64,000 nt of DNA, taken from Deltaproteobacteria bacterium RIFCSPHIGHO2_01_FULL_43_49. GTDB taxonomy: Bacteria; UBA10199; SPLOWO2-01-44-7. The notes under the pieces were generated by a model. It was not told where the DNA came from. It searched no databases and worked only from the letters and a program-made list of their open reading frames with translations. The position numbers were made by a program, and so were the translations under genes. Of the stretch, positions 24,724 to 34,537 are shown in pieces (positions within the stretch are counted from its first letter, which is position 1; the number at the start of each line of letters is the position of its first letter). Location of the stretch: NCBI GenBank assembly GCA_001798075.1, contig MGRG01000002.1, positions 46,631 through 110,630 of the forward strand, read 5' to 3'.

Positions 24724-25182
24724 ATGGATTATGAAAAACGGTTGACTGAGCTTTTTATTGAGTTGCCCGAGGTAACTCATCAAGCAAAATATTTTACCCC
24801 CACCGTTCAAGCTGGAAAATTGCTTTTCGTGAGCGGACTGCTCCCTTTTGCAGAGGGAAAGCTGGCGTTCAAAGGGAGGCTTGGCCTTGAAATCACTTTA
24901 GATCAAGGAGTACAGGCTTCGCGCTATGCGATGATTCAGTGCTTGAGTGCAGTGCGAGCCAAACTGGGCTCTCTCAACAAAATAGAAAAAATTGTTCAAA
25001 TAACCGGTTTTGTCGCCTCGGGTGGAGATTTTAAGGATCATGATCGTGTTTTGGATGGAGCCTCTAATTTATTACAAGAAATTTTTGGTACAGCAGGAAA
25101 ACATAGTCGCATGGCCGCTGGAGTGAATACCTTGCCTTCAGGTGCTTGTGTGGAGCTGGGAATGATTGTTGAAGTTAAATAG
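24724..25182 (+). CDS. RidA/YjgF/UK114 family protein
   Basis: 152 aa. GKLLFVSGLLPF start of the fold and C-terminal AAGVNTLPSGACVELGMIVEV. Confidence 0.8.
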   Translation: MDYEKRLTELFIELPEVTHQAKYFTPTVQAGKLLFVSGLLPFAEGKLAFKGRLGLEITLDQGVQASRYAMIQCLSAVRAKLGSLNKIEKIVQITGFVASGGDFKDHDRVLDGASNLLQEIFGTAGKHSRMAAGVNTLPSGACVELGMIVEVK

Positions 25183-25549
25183 TCTTTTTCTGAAGCATGT
25201 GTTGGATTTTTCTCACCAACGATCTTAGGTGAAATGGTTTTGAAACATAGTCGTCGGCACCGTGAGTGAGGCCTTCGAGTCGATCGGCCTGAGCATCTCT
25301 TGCAGAAAGAATTAGAATGAGAATATCTTTCGTTTCTGGATTTTCTTTCAGACGATTGCAAACTTCAATCCCGGAGACCTTCGGCATCATCACATCAAGT
25401 AAAATGAGTGAAGGTCTTTTGAGAGCAATTTTTTTGAATGCCTCTTCAGCACTATAAGCACTTTCGATTTCATACCCTTCTTTGGAGAGGAGCTTCCCCA
25501 AAACGGTATGGATTTGAGGCTCGTCATCAACGATTAGAATATTTACCAT
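25175..25549 (-). CDS. Response regulator, receiver domain only (CheY-like)
   Basis: ILIVDDEP, LILLDVMMPKVSG, ILILSA and KPF motifs. 124 aa. Confidence 0.9.
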   Translation of the reverse strand: MVNILIVDDEPQIHTVLGKLLSKEGYEIESAYSAEEAFKKIALKRPSLILLDVMMPKVSGIEVCNRLKENPETKDILILILSARDAQADRLEGLTHGADDYVSKPFHLRSLVRKIQHMLQKKTI

Positions 25550-25551
25550 AG

Positions 25552-25572
25552 GGTACCAGGTACCTGGCGGTA
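25552..25572. repeat. GGTACCAGGTACCTGGCGGTA, a half-copy of the 51936-51974 palindrome, 3 nt from the response-regulator start codon
   Basis: Shares 21 nt with the right half of the 39-nt palindrome and contains the nested palindromes GGTACC and CCAGGTACCTGG. Confidence 0.8.
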
Positions 25573-25895
25573 GCCGTATAATGTTCGTCCTTAAAAATTC
25601 AATTTAGCGTTGCCATTCAGTTTCGCTTACTTTATATTGCATTCCTGTTCATTTTTGAAGTGGAAGTTTAAGGTTTGGGGGAGGGGATAAATCCTTCCTT
25701 GACAGATAAGGGCCCTCTTGGAATTAGGGCTCAAATTTATTGGGTTTTTTAACTTAAGCCAACCCATTTTCGTAAAACTGGAGTCGGAAAGGGGGTGCGA
25801 TCTCCGAAAGACTACTACGATTGTTTTACTTGGGTGGACATTTATAACCCGCCTTTGCCCATTGTGGGCTTTGGCGAGGTAAAGGAGAGGAAAGT

Positions 25896-27143
25896 ATGAA
25901 AAAACTGTTTATTACTACGTTGGCCTTAGGCCTTCTCTTTGGGACAGCAAGCTTCGCAGAAGACTCTGTCGCAGGGGGTTTTGAAGCCTCTGGTCATATT
26001 GTTACAGGTGCTGGCTGGCAGCGCTATAAAGTAGCGGGTGCTGCTGGTACGGCGATTGCGTTTGATGTAAATGGTACGGCCCCTGGAGTGATCGGTCAGT
26101 ATTCCACAGGGGGTTTGGTCAATAGAGAAGATGAATTCAAATTCTTTGTTGATGAAGTTGAATTGGATATTGCCAAGACATTTGGCGAAAATATCCGAGT
26201 CCGTGCCGATCTCGATTTTGGTTCCCAAACAATGCATGGGGGACCAAGATTCAATGATCTTGGAACAGCTCTAGGTGGTACCGGTGTCGGCGTGCTCCTT
26301 GAGCAAGCTTATGCCACAGCCAATTTGTCCATTGGCAATGGTCTTGAGGTCTTGTTAGGTCGTTTCAATGCCCCATTGGGCTTTGAGTCGGTAGATACCA
26401 ACAAAAACGACACCATTTCCAAGAGTATTCTCTATCGTGCATTACGTCCAAACACCTTCACTGGTGTTAAGCTTTATTATGCCTTTAGTGACTTGGTCGA
26501 TTGGCATTTCTATCTTGCCAATAATAACTTGACCTACGATGATGGCGATGCGCTTAATTTGAATACCGATATTCCCGCACTTGGGTTCCGTTTGGGATTC
26601 AACTGGGGCGAAGAGGGTAAGAAAAGCACACTCGGTTGGTCGGGTGCTGTTGGTCAAGATCGCGCCAATATCAAAAGACATATGAGCTTCTTGGGTGATG
26701 TCGATTGGCAATGGTGGGCAACAGATAACTTCGCCATTGGTGGTGAAGGAATCTATCGCCAGATCAACAATACCAGAGTCACTGCTGGTTCAACAAAGAA
26801 CGGCAAATATTTTGGTGCTCTCTTAAACCTACACTATGATTTTTCCGATGTGTGGGATGGAACGCTCAAATATGCCTGGGCTCATGATGTGAATGGTATT
26901 ACCAGCCCGGGTCTCTCTGGACTTGGTACTGATGTTGGTGTCACCAACGTTTTTGGTGGTGGTCCCCAATCTCTCACTGGTGCTGACCAGATGTTCCATG
27001 AAATTACCGTTGCTGGTAATTACATGATTACTGATGGTGCCAAGTTGAAACTCGAAGGTGGCTATACCCTGATCAATCCAACAGGTCCTGCTAACAAGCA
27101 GCATACGTTTGGATTGGGTGGCGCCTTTGCTTATGAGTTCTAA
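25896..27143 (+). CDS. Outer-membrane porin (beta-barrel)
   Basis: Signal peptide MKKLFITTLALGLLFGTASFA, alternating-hydrophobicity strands, C-terminal GGAFAYEF. SD AAGGAGAGG upstream and a terminator downstream. Confidence 0.7.
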   Translation: MKKLFITTLALGLLFGTASFAEDSVAGGFEASGHIVTGAGWQRYKVAGAAGTAIAFDVNGTAPGVIGQYSTGGLVNREDEFKFFVDEVELDIAKTFGENIRVRADLDFGSQTMHGGPRFNDLGTALGGTGVGVLLEQAYATANLSIGNGLEVLLGRFNAPLGFESVDTNKNDTISKSILYRALRPNTFTGVKLYYAFSDLVDWHFYLANNNLTYDDGDALNLNTDIPALGFRLGFNWGEEGKKSTLGWSGAVGQDRANIKRHMSFLGDVDWQWWATDNFAIGGEGIYRQINNTRVTAGSTKNGKYFGALLNLHYDFSDVWDGTLKYAWAHDVNGITSPGLSGLGTDVGVTNVFGGGPQSLTGADQMFHEITVAGNYMITDGAKLKLEGGYTLINPTGPANKQHTFGLGGAFAYEF

Positions 27144-27170
27144 CAGGTAGTTTGTGACTGTTGTTCGAAA

Positions 27171-27206
27171 AGCCCTGATAGGGAAACCTATCGGGGCTTT
27201 TTATTT
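27171..27206 (+). terminator. Rho-independent terminator after the porin gene
   Basis: AGCCCTGATAGG-GAAA-CCTATCGGGGCT followed by TTTTTATTT. Confidence 0.75.
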
Positions 27207-27251
27207 GCAGACCCTTGACAAAACTTACACACTTAGGCACTTACCCATTTT

Positions 27252-28133
27252 ATGAACTTTCTTCGTTCCATAGACCCTGTTTGGATCAGCCTAGGGCCTA
27301 TCCTAGTCATAAACCTCATTTTGCTTACTTCGCTTCTTTATTTTTTGGCCACACGGGATCGCTGGCCTGTTCCCTCGGAAGTAAAAACCCGTCCCAATTC
27401 TAAGTTTTTGAGCGGTGTTTTAAAACACTGGTGGTATTGGAACAATGAACCGATTGGTAAATTTTTTATGCGTCTCGGTTGGACACCCAATACCCTTACT
27501 TTTCTCGGTTTTCTTTTCAGCATTGTCGCTGCCTTCTTCTACGGCAATGGGTTGTTTGGTTACGCCGGGTGGTTGATGCTATTTGGTTCCACCTTTGATT
27601 TGTTTGATGGCCAAGTGGCCCGCCTCACCGGAAAGGTTTCCAGGTCGGGGGCTTTTTTTGACTCGGTGATGGATCGTTTCAGCGAGGGGATTATTTTTTT
27701 GGGTCTCAGTTTTTATTTTCGTGATTCCTGGATTCTCTTTTTTCTTCTTTTAGGGCTTATCGGTTCAATGGCGGTTTCGTACACAAGGGCGAGGGGAGAA
27801 GCGGTGGGCGTTGATGTTAAAAAGGGGTCCATGCAACGCCCAGAACGGATCGTCTATCTTGGCTGCGCCTCTATTTTCGAGCCGATGACGACTTACGGCC
27901 TCAATTTTATTTGGCCTGTGCCACCTCCAGTTTTGGTCATTGCTGCGATTGTCTTGATTGGTGTGATGACGAATGTCACCGCTGTTTATCGGATGATTTA
28001 TGTCATGAATGAATTGGATAATCGTGAAAAAGCTGGAATTGAAACTCTACCAAAAATGTTGTCAAGATTGACTACCCCTGAAGGCCGTGAAAAACTGCGT
28101 TCCGAATGGAAACAGAAAAAGCTGGGCTCCTAA
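27252..28133 (+). CDS. CDP-alcohol phosphatidyltransferase family protein
   Basis: DLFDGQVARLTGKVSRSGAFFDSVMDRFSEG matches D-x2-DG-x2-AR-x8-G-x3-D-x3-D. Polytopic membrane protein. Confidence 0.85.
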   Translation: MNFLRSIDPVWISLGPILVINLILLTSLLYFLATRDRWPVPSEVKTRPNSKFLSGVLKHWWYWNNEPIGKFFMRLGWTPNTLTFLGFLFSIVAAFFYGNGLFGYAGWLMLFGSTFDLFDGQVARLTGKVSRSGAFFDSVMDRFSEGIIFLGLSFYFRDSWILFFLLLGLIGSMAVSYTRARGEAVGVDVKKGSMQRPERIVYLGCASIFEPMTTYGLNFIWPVPPPVLVIAAIVLIGVMTNVTAVYRMIYVMNELDNREKAGIETLPKMLSRLTTPEGREKLRSEWKQKKLGS

Positions 28134-28176
28134 CATCTTCTCCGACCTTTGCGAAAAACGCTTTCATAAATAGATG

Positions 28177-28356
28177 GAGCTTCGGGGTCTGAATCAATGA
28201 GTTGAAAATGACAGATTCTGTGTGGAGTGGCGGATCCTGCCCCTCCGTGTTACTGTGGGGGCCCCTAACTAAACCCCACAGCAACACTGCGGGCCACCCA
28301 CCACTCCACCATTTGTGCGTCATTTTCAACCTTTGAAAGCAGTTACCCCTTCGCTC
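28177..28356 (+). repeat. H1 hairpin repeat, copy 3 (expanded, four nested layers)
   Basis: GAGCTTCGGGGT / AGTTGAAAATGAC / GGAGTGGCGG / core / CCACCCACCACTCC / GTCATTTTCAAC / ACCCCTTCGCTC. Confidence 0.85.
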
Positions 28357-28373
28357 CAATCATTATGCTGATG

Positions 28374-28419
28374 CGTTTTTCGCAAGGGTGCTCCAAACTA
28401 TAGCAGTAGTTCGGAGTGC
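28374..28419 (+). repeat. Linker hairpin L
   Basis: CGTTTTTCGCAAGGGTGCTCCAAACTATAGCAGTAGTTCGGAGTGC. Its 5' part pairs with CCTTTGCGAAAAACG at 28146-28160. Confidence 0.75.
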
Positions 28420-28438
28420 TTGTGTGCCAATTGCGCTA

Positions 28439-28629
28439 GGGCAGGAGGTGGGGGTGTGAAAAACATTGTGCGGGAACGAGGGCGTATTGAGTCAAATAAA
28501 ATAATATTCGTTTCTGCAGATAGAGCTGACGGCAGGTAAGATACTATCTGCATCTTTTGAAACGAAATTATTTTTTTGACGAAATAGCCCGAAGTGAAGC
28601 ACCGTTTTGAACACCCCCACCTCCTGCCC
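28439..28629 (+). repeat. H2 long-hairpin repeat, copy 2
   Basis: The basal stem is changed on both arms (CAGGAGGTGGGGG / CCCCCACCTCCTG). The apical loop is identical to copies 1 and 3. Confidence 0.85.
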
Positions 28630-28661
28630 GGAAGCAATTGGTAGATAGGTCGGAGAAGGGT

Positions 28662-31340
28662 TTAGAATGGGTACCCGAAGGTCAAGTGAAACCTGCCGAA
28701 GTTTTCGCCGGATTTGCGATCCAAAATCACACCGTAGTCAGCCCTGATTGGTCCCACTGGGGTTACATAGCGCAAACCGACACCAACCGAATGTCTTATC
28801 GTATTCCAATCAATTTCAGGAAATGTATCTGTAAGGCTGCCTGCATCGTAAAAAGTAGCAAGTTGCAAATCTTTAACCAAACGAAGATGAAATTCTGCGT
28901 TATAAATCCATCGCAAACGTCCCCCCGCGGCTTGGCCAGTAGCATCCAGAGGGCCTAAAACATCTTCTTTGAAACCGCGCAGGGTATCATCACCCCCCAG
29001 AGTAAAAAGTTGGCGCTGCGGAATACTGATATTCGAACCAATGGATTGGATTCGATCAAAACGGAGTGTATTGGAGAATGTCAAACGGCCGAACGGCGAA
29101 TAGTAATGACTAAACACCCATTTTAATTTGGCAAAGTTTGCCCCTAGTCCTTTGATTTCGTTAACGACATTGGCACCTACGAGGCCAAAAAAACCTCGGG
29201 TTGGATCCGAAAAACTGTTGCGTCGATCGTAACTTCCTGAAAGTGTTATTTGTGAAAGTGTGCTGTCACGCAACGATCCTGGGTCTCTTGCCCTTCCTTC
29301 GAAGATATAGTTTCGGGCCAGTTCGTACCGAGTCAGAAATCCAAAGCGATGAAATTGTCTAAAGAAAGCAACAGCCCCACCAGTTTGCAGGGAGGTTTCT
29401 ACCGGTTCTTCTTCATAATCTATCCAAGAAGCAATTGTCATTTGCACATCGGAGCCCACAAAACGGGGATCAAACCAAGAAAGTTCTAATCGATCTTTTT
29501 CTTTTCCGGCTTGGAATAGCAACCCAGTTTGCTTTGCCCATCCGAAGGAATTGAAGTTGGTAAATTTCAGCACCCCCCCGAATGCTTTATCGGTGCTATA
29601 TTGGCCTTCCAAGTCGACGACAAAAGGGGACTTTTCCTCAACCTTCACCTTGAGATGTATAACCTTTTCTTTTTCTTCCAGACCAATTGTTTCAACATTA
29701 ACGACATTAAAAGCACCTAAACGTCTCAGGTTAAGTTGTGCTTCCAGAATCTTTTGCTGGTTGTAGAGATCTCCAGAGCGAATTCCAATCGCCTGGCGAA
29801 TGGCTTTTACACCGGTTAAGACATCTCCCAAAATAAAAATTTCTCCGATTTGGACCGTTGGCCCTTCATCAATCTGATATATAATGCCTATTTTGTTTTC
29901 ACTTCGTTTGATCTCCTGAGAAATTTCAGCGTAAGGGTGTCCATGGTCGGCGTATAAAAACTGGAGTCGTTCTTTATCTTGTTTGAGCACCAATTCATTA
30001 AATGGAAGACCCTCTTTGTTTTCTAAAGGTTTTATTAGTTGTTCTTTTTGGAGAGATTTGTTTCCATCAAACATGACAGAGTTGATGGTGACGAGTGGCC
30101 CTTCATCAACATTGAAAGCGATATCCAACTTTATTTTGCTGTCATCGATGGTGACTTGTGGAAGGCCGACTGTAGCATCTGAAAAACCTTTGCTTTGATA
30201 ATATTCCGTGGCTATTTTTGAATCTTCATCCAAAAAATCTTCATAGAGGAGGCCTTTTTTTGTCAAAGAACGTTCCTTTGTTAACATCTGTTTTTTAATC
30301 TCTTTTTCAGAAATCGCTTGGCTCCCTTCAAAATGAATGGATTTAACAAATTGTTGGGGCCTTAAACGAATGTTAAAATAAATTTGGAAGTGTTCCGGAT
30401 CAATTTTTTCTTTTTTAAAAACTACTTCGGCCTCTTTATAACCATCCTCCCAGAACTTTTTTAATAAAGCGTCACGACTCTCCTCCAAAGTGGCCATGTC
30501 GAAGTTGCCATCTCTAAAAAGTGTCACAATTTTTTTGAAGGTGGCGAGCCGATAACGTTTTGTCCCTCTAAAAAAGACTTCTACTTTGGGACCCTCTTGA
30601 ATGCCTAGTTTCAACGCGACACGCCTTTTTCCCAGGTCACTATTTTTTTCAAGCACTCTGACATGGGCCTTTAAATAACCCCTGGCCCTATAGAATTCTG
30701 TTAGTTTTTGAATAGCGTTTTTAAGCTCTCTTTCGGAATAATAATTATGAGGTTTGATAAAAGTATAGATGCGTCCTTTGGGAAAGGCTTTCACCCCTTC
30801 TAGATCTAATTTTCCAATTCGTATTCGCTCTCCCTTGATAATATGATAGGTCAAATAAACGCTGTTGTTAGCGGCAGCCGGTTCCTCTTTTATATCGATC
30901 CTGGTATTATAATAACCCCTTCTTTCATAAAATGATCGGATCCTTTCTTTTTGTTCTTCGGCTCGTTCTGGTATCAACATGTCTCCAACTTGCAAATTGA
31001 GCCGTTTTCTTATTTTGGTTTCTACGTAAGGATAATTTCCATCAACGTCAATTTCTCCAATGACAAGGGCCTCATGTAACTTGAATCGGATGATTGTCCC
31101 TTTGGCCGCATACTCTGTCTTAGCCGAAATTTCGTCAAAAATACCCCATTTTTTTAAAAGTTGGATTCCTTGTTCTAATTTTTCCGGCTGATAGGGATCG
31201 CCTAATTTGAAGGGAAGAACACTTAAAATGCGCTCTTTTGCTGTTAAAAGTTCCCCTTCAATAACTATGTCTGAAATTTTCGAAGCGGAAATAACCTGTG
31301 TAGCGATCAAAAGAATTATGAATCCTGGAATTTTTTTCAT
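28662..31340 (-). CDS. bamA: Outer membrane protein assembly factor BamA (Omp85)
   Basis: 892 aa with a signal peptide, repeated POTRA-like modules and a C-terminal barrel ending FHLTFGYPF. Confidence 0.92.
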   Translation of the reverse strand: MKKIPGFIILLIATQVISASKISDIVIEGELLTAKERILSVLPFKLGDPYQPEKLEQGIQLLKKWGIFDEISAKTEYAAKGTIIRFKLHEALVIGEIDVDGNYPYVETKIRKRLNLQVGDMLIPERAEEQKERIRSFYERRGYYNTRIDIKEEPAAANNSVYLTYHIIKGERIRIGKLDLEGVKAFPKGRIYTFIKPHNYYSERELKNAIQKLTEFYRARGYLKAHVRVLEKNSDLGKRRVALKLGIQEGPKVEVFFRGTKRYRLATFKKIVTLFRDGNFDMATLEESRDALLKKFWEDGYKEAEVVFKKEKIDPEHFQIYFNIRLRPQQFVKSIHFEGSQAISEKEIKKQMLTKERSLTKKGLLYEDFLDEDSKIATEYYQSKGFSDATVGLPQVTIDDSKIKLDIAFNVDEGPLVTINSVMFDGNKSLQKEQLIKPLENKEGLPFNELVLKQDKERLQFLYADHGHPYAEISQEIKRSENKIGIIYQIDEGPTVQIGEIFILGDVLTGVKAIRQAIGIRSGDLYNQQKILEAQLNLRRLGAFNVVNVETIGLEEKEKVIHLKVKVEEKSPFVVDLEGQYSTDKAFGGVLKFTNFNSFGWAKQTGLLFQAGKEKDRLELSWFDPRFVGSDVQMTIASWIDYEEEPVETSLQTGGAVAFFRQFHRFGFLTRYELARNYIFEGRARDPGSLRDSTLSQITLSGSYDRRNSFSDPTRGFFGLVGANVVNEIKGLGANFAKLKWVFSHYYSPFGRLTFSNTLRFDRIQSIGSNISIPQRQLFTLGGDDTLRGFKEDVLGPLDATGQAAGGRLRWIYNAEFHLRLVKDLQLATFYDAGSLTDTFPEIDWNTIRHSVGVGLRYVTPVGPIRADYGVILDRKSGENFGRFHLTFGYPF

Positions 31341-34300
31341 CGGCTTTTGAAACGAAGTCCCATGTTTAACTGATAACTTTCATCAGTTGTACGAGCCCCT
31401 TTAATAAGCAAAAAATCAGTCAACCAGTATTCCATTCGGAATGTTTGCAGGGCATTTTGTCGGCTAATTTCGGAAGCAAACTCGACAGAAAGCCTGTCAC
31501 TGAGTCGTTTGCCAACATGAAATTGTTGAATTCTTCCATCTTGTGTTGGTTTTGACTCGAGTCGAAAAATGTCCAAACGCGTTGCTTTTGCGAAAGGCCT
31601 TTGCAATGCGTGCGTAATTTGCTCTGCAACAACTTGTGGTCCTAATTCTTGTTCAAAATAAGAGCCTCGCCTAAGTCGCTCACTGTTGGTTACTCCAAAC
31701 AAGATAAGAGAGATGACATCTTTTTTCTCAAGGGCGCCTTCCCTCGTGGAATTTCCAGAAAGATCAATAGCGAGATTATCTGTGCGACCATGCAGCTTTA
31801 CTCGGACATGGGCATCATCCACTTCCTTTTCGGCATCGACCTCTAAATAGGGCGCGCTATAGGCCTCTCGAAATTCCAAAAAACCTTTTGTGATATCGAA
31901 GTCAAGGCCCAAATAATGAATAATTCCCTCTGACACACCGACAGAGCCTTGAAAACGGGGAGCAATGCTTGTTCCTTGTGCTTGAAGGTTGGTTGATAGT
32001 TCAATTCTGCCTACATTATTATCGATGAGTAGATCTCCCAAATTTTTGATTGAAACATTGAATCGGAGAGGCCATTCTTTTAAGGCCGCCTGTTGAAATT
32101 CTTTGACCGTGCGTGGGGTTTTTTGGAGCTCTTCAATGATATTAAAGTCTTTTGTATAACGCCCGTCCAAAATAATGAGGGAACCGCTGACTTCTGGATT
32201 TTGAGCAGCCCCACGAATCGCCAGATCGGCGTCATATTCCATTCGGAAATCTCCCTGTTCATTGCGAAAATATAGTTGGTTGCCAATGAGTTTGGCGTCG
32301 AAAGCAGAGGGTTTTCCTTGCGAATGTGTCATCCATCCTTTTAATTGAAAATTGCCGACCCCAATGATGCCTGTGAGGCCATCTGTCTGAATACGATTGC
32401 CTTGAAAATTGAGAGTCCCCTTTAACTCTTCCGCCGCTAAAGGGAGCTTCCTAAGTGAAACAACATTCGAATTGAAGTTAATTTTTCCATGAATTCCCAA
32501 ATTAGGATACGTTCCATTCACAGAAAGTTGGAATTGGGCGGGACCTTCTGCCTCCCGAATATGTTTTGTCAAAAATTTAAGACGGCTGAGTTCGATATCT
32601 CCCGCTCCTTTGAGATTCATGTCGGTAGGAGAGATGGTTCCACTGGCCTGACTTTTGAAATTGGAATTGTCTGGGTCTTGAATTGTTAGTTTATTGATTT
32701 GCCAGCGCTTATTTTCTCCGGAATAATTGACATCGACATTTACACCAGCCAAAGGTTGTCCCCACAATTTGAAACCACTTGGAATAAAGTCAAATGTCAG
32801 AGGCTTGATAAAACTCGTTGTGAGGTTGGAAAAAACAAAATCAGCTTGATCCACCACCATTTTTTTGTTGCTCAAAGTAAAGTGAGTTTTGATGTTTTCA
32901 AAACCTTCGTCGAAAAAACTTCCTTGAGAGGCATTGATGGTTCCTTTTCCTTGAATGTTGAGTGGGCTTCCACTTAATGTTATCTCTCCATCGGCTGCCC
33001 CCTTTAAATGAAAGCCTGGAAGGGTAGATTCCAGAGGTTGATTGTTAATTTTACCCATAAAAGAGATTTTTTTTGGCCTTGCTTGACCCAGTATTTTAGG
33101 ACCGTAATTGATGATCAGTTGAGCGTCACCGGTTGGTCTTTCTTCTGCAAAAATTTTTCCATCTAGTTTCAAACGATCATAATTAATATCGAGTGTGATG
33201 GCTGCTTTTTCTGCCTTGACGAGACCATAACCCCCTTCGGTTGCATCCGCAGTCAATTGCAGGTGGATTGTTTTGCCAAGGCCGTTAAGTGTTCCTTGGG
33301 CATTGCCTTTGCCGTGAATGGGGTGCAAGTTTTTATCCAAAAATTTATCAAAGAAGCGCTCCAGTGGGAAATCTTGTGTCTTCAAATTCAGATGTAGGGA
33401 AGGAGAACTTAAATCAATGGAACCAGCAACATCGATGCTTGCGTTATCTGTTGTTACCTTCCCTTCTTTTAGCTGCACTATCCCTTTCGCGACATCAAAT
33501 CGTGCTAAAACATCAACAGGATAGTCTTCAATGTTTTCAAAAAGATGAGTGACCTTCAGCAATCCCTTGGCGTTGGTTGTTTTGAAATCAAACCCTTGAC
33601 CATCCAACTCAAGGTTTGCCGTTAGTTTTCCGGCGGAATTGAACGTTCTAATTTCGGAGCTGAGTTCGGGTAAATAAAGTGGTTTTGGAATGTCAAGATT
33701 TAGAGAAAATTTTTCAGTCGGTATTTCTGCATCCAGATCACCGGTCAAGAAATTTTCTCCGACCTGAATTGAGAATTTTTTAGAACGAAGTTTTCCATTC
33801 ACAAATTGTAGTTTGGCCTCAACTTCATCCAGTTGAAGGCGACCCAAATCGGTTTTTTGGAGAAGAAAATTTCCATCCACGTCGTCAATATAGGGAAAGG
33901 TTTTTGACCAATTTCTAAAATTGGTTGTCACAGAAACTTTTAAGTTTTTCGCTTTCTTTTTTTGGCCTATCGGCCCTTGAAATTGAACATTGTTGAAATC
34001 AATACCCAGGTTTGTTCCTCCCAAGAGCGAGGGTTTGAATTTGAGGCCAAAGAGATCGACAGTCAGCGTTTTTGCTCCGGGGAGGTCCATTTTAAAATTT
34101 TTAATCGTGCCGTTGTAGATCAACAAATTTTGCAGCAAGAGGAGAGTTCTTAATTTGAATCTTTTTTTCGGCTTCTTTTCTTTTGGGGTCAAACTTTTGG
34201 CGATGAAGAGGGAGGGGGATTCAATAGAGAGTTGATCAACAGCCACCTGGGCGCGCAATAGGCGCAGCGTTCTTAATTTCAGAAAAATGGAATCGATGGC

Positions 34301-34537
34301 AATTTGATGTCCTTCCGGATGGGAAAATTTGAGTTTTGAAACATTAAATTTAAGACGCCACGGTTGGAATTTTAAGGACTCGAAGGAGACAATCCAGGGA
34401 GAAAATGGTTTATAATTTCGTAGGAACCATTGTTGAAAACGGGTTGAATTAAGTAACGCGACCGGGGTTTGAGCAAAAATAAATGTCGCCAAAACAACCA
34501 CTGCAAGATGCCATTTTAGATTTTTTCCCCTTTTCAT
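31337..34537 (-). CDS. tamB: Translocation and assembly module protein TamB (DUF490 C-terminus)
   Basis: 1066 aa with an N-terminal membrane anchor, a long beta-rich body and a C-terminal RLSDRLSVEFASE...YQLNMGLRFKSR. 4-nt overlaps with mpl and bamA. Confidence 0.8.
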   Translation of the reverse strand: MKRGKNLKWHLAVVVLATFIFAQTPVALLNSTRFQQWFLRNYKPFSPWIVSFESLKFQPWRLKFNVSKLKFSHPEGHQIAIDSIFLKLRTLRLLRAQVAVDQLSIESPSLFIAKSLTPKEKKPKKRFKLRTLLLLQNLLIYNGTIKNFKMDLPGAKTLTVDLFGLKFKPSLLGGTNLGIDFNNVQFQGPIGQKKKAKNLKVSVTTNFRNWSKTFPYIDDVDGNFLLQKTDLGRLQLDEVEAKLQFVNGKLRSKKFSIQVGENFLTGDLDAEIPTEKFSLNLDIPKPLYLPELSSEIRTFNSAGKLTANLELDGQGFDFKTTNAKGLLKVTHLFENIEDYPVDVLARFDVAKGIVQLKEGKVTTDNASIDVAGSIDLSSPSLHLNLKTQDFPLERFFDKFLDKNLHPIHGKGNAQGTLNGLGKTIHLQLTADATEGGYGLVKAEKAAITLDINYDRLKLDGKIFAEERPTGDAQLIINYGPKILGQARPKKISFMGKINNQPLESTLPGFHLKGAADGEITLSGSPLNIQGKGTINASQGSFFDEGFENIKTHFTLSNKKMVVDQADFVFSNLTTSFIKPLTFDFIPSGFKLWGQPLAGVNVDVNYSGENKRWQINKLTIQDPDNSNFKSQASGTISPTDMNLKGAGDIELSRLKFLTKHIREAEGPAQFQLSVNGTYPNLGIHGKINFNSNVVSLRKLPLAAEELKGTLNFQGNRIQTDGLTGIIGVGNFQLKGWMTHSQGKPSAFDAKLIGNQLYFRNEQGDFRMEYDADLAIRGAAQNPEVSGSLIILDGRYTKDFNIIEELQKTPRTVKEFQQAALKEWPLRFNVSIKNLGDLLIDNNVGRIELSTNLQAQGTSIAPRFQGSVGVSEGIIHYLGLDFDITKGFLEFREAYSAPYLEVDAEKEVDDAHVRVKLHGRTDNLAIDLSGNSTREGALEKKDVISLILFGVTNSERLRRGSYFEQELGPQVVAEQITHALQRPFAKATRLDIFRLESKPTQDGRIQQFHVGKRLSDRLSVEFASEISRQNALQTFRMEYWLTDFLLIKGARTTDESYQLNMGLRFKSR

